Part shown: piece after piece, positions 51,801 through 60,800 of the stretch
How positions within the stretch are numbered: position 1 is the first letter of the stretch
Layout: each line of letters begins with the position of its first letter
Source: Antedon mediterranea
Taxonomy: Eukaryota; Animalia; Echinodermata
Direction of reading: 5' to 3'
NCBI RefSeq assembly: GCF_964355755.1
Contig: NC_092676.1
Location: 14,588,871-14,652,870 of the forward strand
DNA: 64,000 nt
Made by a program: the position numbers and the translations under genes
The notes under the pieces: generated by a model
What the model was told of the DNA's origin: nothing
The model's input: only the letters and a program-made list of their open reading frames with translations
The model's database searches: none

Positions 51801-54800
51801 TTAATTATTACCGAACAATGAAACTGGAAATAAAATTTAACAGGGAATGAGTAGACTATACATTATAGAAAAAATATATTTGCTAAGAATAAGTAAATTT
51901 TAAATATTCATTTTATGATACAATACTTTATCAGCATACGATTGCAATGGGGTATTTATATACAAGGCCTATTTAAAGTGATTGTAATTTATAACCTTAG
52001 ACCTAAAAATGTACAATACAACGGAAAACTCTTCTACTGCCGTGTCTCATTCTCTAACCGAGTCGGTGGCCTATCCATGCTGTCTCCATTAACAGCATGA
52101 TGTCGTTGATGTACAAAGTTATTTTTAATACAATATGGACAAAATTACTAATCATCTAAAGTACCATAATCTATTCGTAAACGCGGAAAAAATTAAAGTT
52201 ACAGTTTTCAAACGCGATGAATCACAGTGGAAGGAAACAAAGAAGCTGGGTTCATTATAAAGAGATGCTGAGGACATAAAGAGAAGGAAACAACTCGCAC
52301 CAGTCGCGCTTAGTAAACTAAACGATGTCTGGATACAAAATGATAAAGTGAAAGAAGAAACACGCATGAAGCATTACAATTCGTTTGTCAAACCCATACT
52401 GACCTACAACTGCGGAACATGGGGTTTAACCAAAGAAGAGGAAACTAAATTAGATACATATCATAGACGCCAATTAAGGCATATAATAAGAGTTCGGTAT
52501 CCACAAAGGATTTCTAACATACATTTGTATAAGAGATGCAACGTACGACCCTTATCTTAAAAAATCGTCGAAGCACAATGGAAGCTTTTCGGACATATTG
52601 AGACAAGATAGGAATACACCAGCAAATCTGGCCATAAAGTTCTACTTCACAAACACAAAAAATACAGAGGTAGGTCTAAATGCACACTTCCAGTTACTTT
52701 AAACAAAATGACATAAAAAAGGTGAACCCCCCTAGCATGATGAGGCTGGAGACAACGAAAGATTTTAGAAAGTTGGTCAACAAACGAAAGGAATGGAGAA
52801 ACCTGGTACAAAGAGTAAGCAAGGCAGACCAGGCGGAGACGATTAATCGGCAAAGAGGCACTAAATAAATAAAAAAATAATATGTTCGAGTGCATCGAAA
52901 CCTTTGACAATACAACAAGTACATTTACCCAACTGAGAAAATGTAATTCTTTAGTGATAAATTCTGTACCATGACCACTTAGGAAAGGTCAAAGTTCAAT
53001 GTATGTCCCACCCGGACTTAATTAAAATGTGAAACTAATGCTAAAATGTTTGTTTTTGGAGTATTATTGAAGATCTATGATTCTGAAAGACCCATTCCCT
53101 ACAATTTGTGATGTTTTGTAAAAATAATACATATATATTACTTTAAAAACATTAAACCAGGTCATTCCTTGTCTTAAATGTAAGTTTTATGGTAAATTAT
53201 GATAAAAAGAGAGAAACAATGCACTATCTAAGTAGCTCGCAATGAATGTCCTCTCGTTGGCCATCTCTATGCCTAGCCTAGCTAGGCTCAGTTTTGTAGG
53301 CCTAGCTGGTAAACATCAGTAACATACGAACATTGTAGTACACATGTGAAACCAATGTTCCAATGTTTATTTTTAGAGATTAACTAAATATATCCATCAT
53401 TCTTAAACACCTGTACCTAGTCAACTTATTAAGAAACCACTAATAATATAATAATGTAAAATAATGGACGAAGATGGAATCCCAAAAAGATGGAAGATCT
53501 TGTGGCAGGATTGAATGGTGTTATTCGTAGCAAACAAGTTGTTAAGATGACATGGGAGAAAAGAGTTGGTAGCAGAAAACAAACAAATACATCTTGCTGG
53601 TAAAGGAATTAATGTCAGTGAGTTTAAGAAGTAAAGGCAGGAAAATAAATAGGAATGCGACAGTGGATGGCGCGGCAGATATATATGGTAGCATTTTTTG
53701 CAAATGAAAAGTTACTGATGTTTGTTGGGTAGACCAAGACAATATTAAGATAGCTCAAATAAGGAATGATGTGTAATAATGGGTTCTTAGATTACTAGAG
53801 GGGAGGAAGGAAGATAACCTAGATATGATTCCAAAACACACAATAGTTCTCAGTTTTTTAGATATAGAGTTTACATGACGCTTGGCTGTTATTAATGATA
53901 ACTCAAAGAAATTTAATCGATTTAACTGATGGGATTTCATGGTTTTCAACAATGTATGGACACATCATAATAGGTATATATCTTTATTCATCCCTCATTA
54001 CATGGGGCACAAAAAGGCGGCGATGGATACAATAAAAAGTAAAATTACAACATCAAATATAAAATATAAAACTCTTAAGAATTATAAAATGTTTAACTTC
54101 ATACAATAAAAGGTAAAATTTATAAAACATTATTTATTTAAGGTGTCGTCAGCAAATTTAACAAGATAACTATTATCATGTATGCTTCGACATTCATCCA
54201 TTCATGGGAGAGAAAGAACGCAATCCTGGGGGGATCCAATACTTTGACTTCGTTCGGCTAAAAAACTAATAATCCATAAAACAAAATCATGTTGAAAACC
54301 AAAATTATAAATCAATTTATCAGCCAGACATTAAGTGTGCATGGTATTGAAGGCAGAAGAAAAGTTGACGGAAGCATTCTAGCATGCGATCTGGGTATTA
54401 ATTCAATGTGTTTGTACAGCTTGTTTAATAAGAACAGCTTGGCATCCTCGACACACCTTCAAGACCTATACGCGAACTGTAGTGGGTCAAGTTCCAGTTT
54501 AACAATAGATATGGGCTTTAACTAGTTTTTCCAGAGATTTCCATTACAAGTGATGTTAGCGCAATTGGGCGCAAGTCATTGAGCTGTTTAATAGCCGTCT
54601 TTTTGGGGATAGGTTTTATGATGGATTGTTTCCAGATATTTGGAATTACACCTTGATCAATAGAGGTCTGGAAGAGAACATCACACAGCTGGTCAGGTCC
54701 TATTATAACTCTAGCCATTGAGGGGATCCAAATAAGATGTTAAGATTTGGTTGAGCCAGAGTTTGTTAGGAGCAAAGTAGTGGGACAAGGAGAACAGGAA

Positions 54801-57800
54801 CATTATTACAGTATTAGTATTAAAGGTGTCAAAAGAGTTGAATGTTTTTATACAGTGGTATGCATAAAGCGTAACAAAAAAGTAATTTTGAGGAGCAGCA
54901 TGGACATCATCAATGTGAAGAGTGAAAAGGGGCATGAAGTACTGATATTGCAGTCATCCTTCTGTATCTCTGTATCAGTGTGGTTAGATGTTGGAAGGTC
55001 ATCAAAGAAAAAGTAATTTTGAGGAGCAGTATGGACATCATTAATGTGAAGAGTGAAAAGGGGCATCAGGTACTGATATTGCAGTAATCCTTCTGTATCT
55101 CTGTATCAGTGTGGTTAGATGTTGGAAGGTCATCAAAGAAAAAAAATTTGTCACTATCCCAGCTCATTTTTTCTAATTTAAGTTTTCTCAGTTGGGCAAA
55201 TGTACATATTGTATTGCCGAAGGTTTTATCGATGTACTCGATTATGCTAATTAAAATGTTGATTAGCGCTAATTAATGGCTTTCTTAAGTGGACTACAGG
55301 AGTTAAAAATGATGGATCTTTAATTAGACCCTAAAAATAAACATTTTAACATTTGTTTCATTTATGTACTCGATTATGCTAATTAATACAAATTTGGGGT
55401 ATTTTGAGCGCCCCCCTCCCTTGAGTTGGTACAGGGGTGAAAACTTAAGAAAGGCTGTTTAATGTTTCACACATTCTTTGAACCAAAGACATTTCATCGT
55501 TTACATTTTATTATTGCATATTTTGAGACAAACTGTAATTTACGAACCTGTTCTAGAACGCATATATTTTACATTTTGAAAACTACTAGTGTGGACACCA
55601 AGTAAATGGAATTCCAAGAAAAATATGCCTTTTTCACATAACAGAAGATGCTTCCCTGCACAGCAATGTTTGTCATTAAATGTTTGTCATTGATTGAAGA
55701 TGTCTTCAGTTTATTCTGTGGGTATGCAGTGACTGGCAACAAAGTTTAAATGTTAATAATTGAGAGTCAATTGTTTTTTCATCTTAAAAAGCACAAACCG
55801 AGCTAAATGTGTAGTTCTGCTGTATAGGGGATGATGATATCCGGACCACTAGCTTAGGCCTATACGCTAAACTAGACAACTTTTAGACTCGAAATAAACA
55901 GAATACATAATAAATAACCTTTACTTTATTAGCATTTTGAAATAAACTGTTTTGGGATAGTTTAATAAATTAAGAAGATAATATTAGCTGGTATGTAAAA
56001 GTTTTAACCAAAAAAATTATGCTATTTTTTTTAATTGGCTGATGATGTCATCGTTCGAAGGGCGTTCGTAAAATAGAAGGTTTAGTGATTGAGAAGTACG
56101 TAAATGAGAAGTCGATTGTATTTACAAGTTTTCTCACTTTCCCTTTGTTGAGTTGTCTACAAACTCCAACTCCTAGAATAAAGCCTGTACTATTGTATCG
56201 CGCCCATTCATACAGCAAAAAGTTACAAAGGTTGACAAAGGCATTTTGAAATTTATTTACGAATACCGCTTGACCCGTCCCCGGTTAGCATATACTTTTT
56301 CTATTCTACAATTTAGCCTTTGGATTTTTGAAGTTATATTTAGATGATGGACTAAAATTGTATTTAGGAAATTTACAGCAAAACTGTTTTATGCCTAAAA
56401 TGGTTTTATGCCCTTGGCGGCCCGCTGTCCCCAGCCTATTGTTGCTCTCTCCACTCCCAAAGTACTCAATATATGATCCACCCCTAAAAGTAAATCCTGC
56501 ACATACCATGGCTCTGGTCAATTTTTTTGGAAGGGTGCCTTATAAATACCATATATTATAAAAATAACCAAATTTGATACAAATAATTTTAATATTAAAG
56601 GTAAAGGTTATTATCTTAGTCCTCAAGCTTAACTGGAAACTGAGGAGATTCGGATTAGGCCCTCTATGGACCCACGGCAGCCAGCAGTACAGCGCTTACC
56701 AGATCAGAACAACGGGAGACGGTCCCCTACTCTTTTCGAATAGTGTACCAAGTTCTTTAATGTGCACTGTTAAGTACACAGGACCAACGGCTTTACATCC
56801 CATCCGAAAGACGAGGCAATGAGAGTAAAGCATCTTGCTTAAGGATGCAATTAGTATGGTACAGATAACATCGAACCCATGCCTATCACATGCTAGTCCA
56901 ATATTACCATTACATCATTACTCTCCAGTATATACAGCACCCGCCGCGATTTCTAGACGGTCTCCCATCCATGCAACCGGGCCAAACGTTGCTTATATAT
57001 ATCGATTATATATTGATTTTAAATTATCAATATATACTTGCACTGAGGGTAGATGTTTTCTGGATGGTACTGTAGCTTTGTTGAGCCAAAAACATTTGTG
57101 CAAAAATTCCACCTTCATCCATACACCACTCTACACAAAATATCAGTAAATAGCTTTTAATCACCACATATTCATTGCTATAACACAAAACTGATATTTT
57201 ATGAAAATATGATTTGACCATTTAATGTCAACATTTCACAACTCAGTGAAATATTTGCCCAAAGGTGGTTGTTTGTACAAATGTGACTTTTTGCAAATTT
57301 CACAGCTCAACAAGCTTGGATCTGGCCTAAAAAAACAAACAAATGATATGGAAATACCATTGGAACTTCTTCATTGTCACTAGGCCTTCCGCAAACTTCT
57401 TTATTATGAACTTGATTGAATTCTCGAGATGCACCTAAAATCATCAATGCACCTGCAAATAGATGTTATTATTATCATCAATGGTATTCATGCATCATTA
57501 CTTGCTATGTAGTTATCTAGTTATAACAATTAAGGCCCTGTTCATACCGATGGTGTTATAGTATTTTAGCGTATGATGCTACTGATCACTAATCATTCAT
57601 TATATCCAATCAGAATGTGTCATGCAATGCTATTCTGTGTCAATGTGATGTTCTTCAGAAATACAGACTATTAGGTAAACAATTAAAAATGATTTTAGCT
57701 ACAACCTACCAATTAATTACCATGTCGTTATTTAACAAATGAAATTTCATGTCATGTACACACCTTTCTGGTGACCAATACTGTAGATTCTTTACAAGGT

Positions 57801-60800
57801 ATTGTCTAGATGAACAATTTCTTATTTAGACATGTTGGGTTAGTTATTTTCAACCGTTAATATAATAATAATAAAATTTCTTTCTTTTTTTAATAGTAGC
57901 AGTGCCTATACTTAATAGGATGATGCCCTTGGCTGGCCTTACTGACCCATCACTTGGGTTATTGGTTGGCAGTAGATACTGTATGCTTTTTCAATTATTA
58001 ATACATTTTTTTAAATACTTTGAATTATTAGAAGAATAGCATTTTTTACAATCTAGAAAGAATACATACGATTAAGATTCATAGTTGGTGTTTTATGAAT
58101 AAAGTAGAAGTAAATTTGAGTTGTCTCTATCAGAACTTTTACAGCACTGTAACGTATAGATTGATACCACCAGGTACCCTGTAAAAATAAAACACCAGAA
58201 ATAAAACAATAGTATTAAAACAAATGAGTAGACATATACCCCCCCCCCCCCCCCAAAAAAAGAGAAAAAGATATCAATTAACCTTAAACATGTAATGTGA
58301 ATGATAAAATTGATTCATTTAATAATATAAAGCATTCGTAGCAGAAGTTTACATGGTTCTTTCAACCTTTATCTCGATAAGCGAGCTGGTAAAAATGCAG
58401 ACATATACAGAATTTTGTCAGCATGTCTGAGAATCAAAAAACAATAGGATTACAGAGGTCCTAAATTGGAAAGAGAGAAGCAGTTGAAAGTATAGCTTAT
58501 TTAGATTTCGATTCATTAACAATTTTAGGAAGAAGGATATACCTTAGAAATTTAGAAAAATCTGCAAAATTTCATTGAAATATAAACATGAGTAATCATT
58601 CTTAGAGTATGTTATTGTTAATGCATTTTGTTATTCATACTGAAAATAAATTTTAATACTTACAACTGCAATTGGAAGAATAACCATGAAAGCTAAACCA
58701 TATATGGCAAGAATCTAAAAAAAAAGTTTAAAAATTTGGTTTTTCATCTATTTTGACAGTCACATTCAATTGAGTGCATATCGCGTAAACGTTATCAATT
58801 TTCTTCCAATTTTCAATAATGTTATTACTCAGACCATCTTCCTTCAGACATATGAATTTTTTTGTTAATTTGAAAAAATCATCATATTCAAACAATTAAA
58901 TAAACGTGAGTGGTGTAAAATAAAAACTATCCGGCAACTAAACCGTTTACAATGCCAATACCGTCAACTGTTGAATGGTTTTGATAAGCCCTGCCGCTAT
59001 AAAGCTGTATACAAACATATGTGAAACTGTCGATACTGCAATGGAATTCGACTAGACACACACGTGGTAAAGCGTAAGTCGTTTAATTATTGTCCAAAAA
59101 ATCACCGCTGAGCTAGCTGCTAGCTACTATACTGCTGATAATGAAAAATGTTAATTAATCCGATTTGCCAAACATTATTTCCGAGAGGTGCTGTACGTCA
59201 AATGACATTGTTTTTCGCATGAACACGTGTGGTAACTGTTTTTTTTTATCAGAGGGATGCTTGTACGTAAATGGAATTGTTTTTTCAAGCGCCGCTGCAA
59301 CTCGCATCTAACAATTAATTGTTCTTTTTTTAAATTTTTATTCATATACATTTTGAATGTATACGGATCGTATACTGCTTTTTTGCAAAGTGTATAACTG
59401 CAGTTGCGCTTATCACATGTGCTGCTATCTCGATATTAATAATGACCTGAGTGACCTAATTCGGATGTAGGAAAATGGCCGAGAATTACCGAACGCAGCA
59501 TTCGGTAATTGCAAATAAATTTGTCTAAAAGGGTGCAGGTCAACTCGGCCCTAAACCGTCTCGGCCAAAGTCAAGTCAGCCCCACGTCAAGTCGGCCCCA
59601 AGTCAAGTCGGCCTCAAGTCAACTCGGCCTCACGTCAACTCGGCCTCAAGTCAACTCGGCCTCAAGTCAACTCGGCCAAAAACTAATCTGTCAACTCGGC
59701 CTCTAAAAAGTATGGAATGCAAAAAGTGCTAATATAGTAGTTCATTTATTACAATGGCAGGATATAGTACGGTATGCCTACATAATAGACGAAATAAAAC
59801 CGAAATTTCAATGTAAATTGTTAGATCTATTTTTTGATACAAGGATGTTCCCAGAAAGAATCGAAATATTCTTAGAAGGCCCATTATATTATATAGATAT
59901 TATTAGATTATTACAGTAAAATAAAAATGGTTTTTTTTTGTATATATTCTCTCTCAAATTATTATGTTACGGTCAAAGTGAATAACTATATATGTGACAT
60001 TAAAATGGTATATTACAGTAACAAAATCTTTCACACATTTATTTTTTCGGGGGTACAATGACGATGTCAATCAAACTACACCGAAGAGATTATGGAAGCA
60101 AATTCGGAATGTTCTGTCATGTTAAAGTTCTATTGCAATTGTGCGCTATTCAAATTGTTTTTAGTACTTTTGTAATTTCATTATAATGGAGAATCCAATG
60201 AATACATTTTATGTATGGGAAATTAATCTAAAACACACTGAAGAAATCGTCATGGAAAAAATGGCGTATTTTTATTTTGTCAAGCAAAAACTAAAACATC
60301 AACAACGGAATTCCTAAACAACATACTATTGCCTCAGCATTCTCATCTGTTGTTTTAACACCCACCGCGCCCTGTATTGTTCAATAAAATTGATCACCTA
60401 AAGGGGCATTCCCACAGTGCCTACCTGTTTCGTTTCGCGGAACGGAAGACGGCGCCGTTTTTTTCAACGTGACGCACGCCGCTCGCCGTTCCGTTGTAAA
60501 CATTCACACCTGTTCCGTTTTGTGGGCAAACGGGCAAACGTTAAAATGGCAGCCGTTTCTGGATGCTCATCGGATGATAGTGAGGAAGAAATTATTCTTT
60601 CCGCTATAATTTTAGCCAAAAGAAGGAAAGGAAAATGAGTAAACGAGGTCTGTTCCGAAAGAAAGAAGTTTGGTCAATTTGAAACATTGGTGAAACGTAA
60701 CTGGCGACCAATGAAGACGAATTCTTCAATTATTTTAGAATGACGCTTCACCAATACAGTCATCTTGTCAGTTTAATTAAAGATGATATTACAAAACGGG

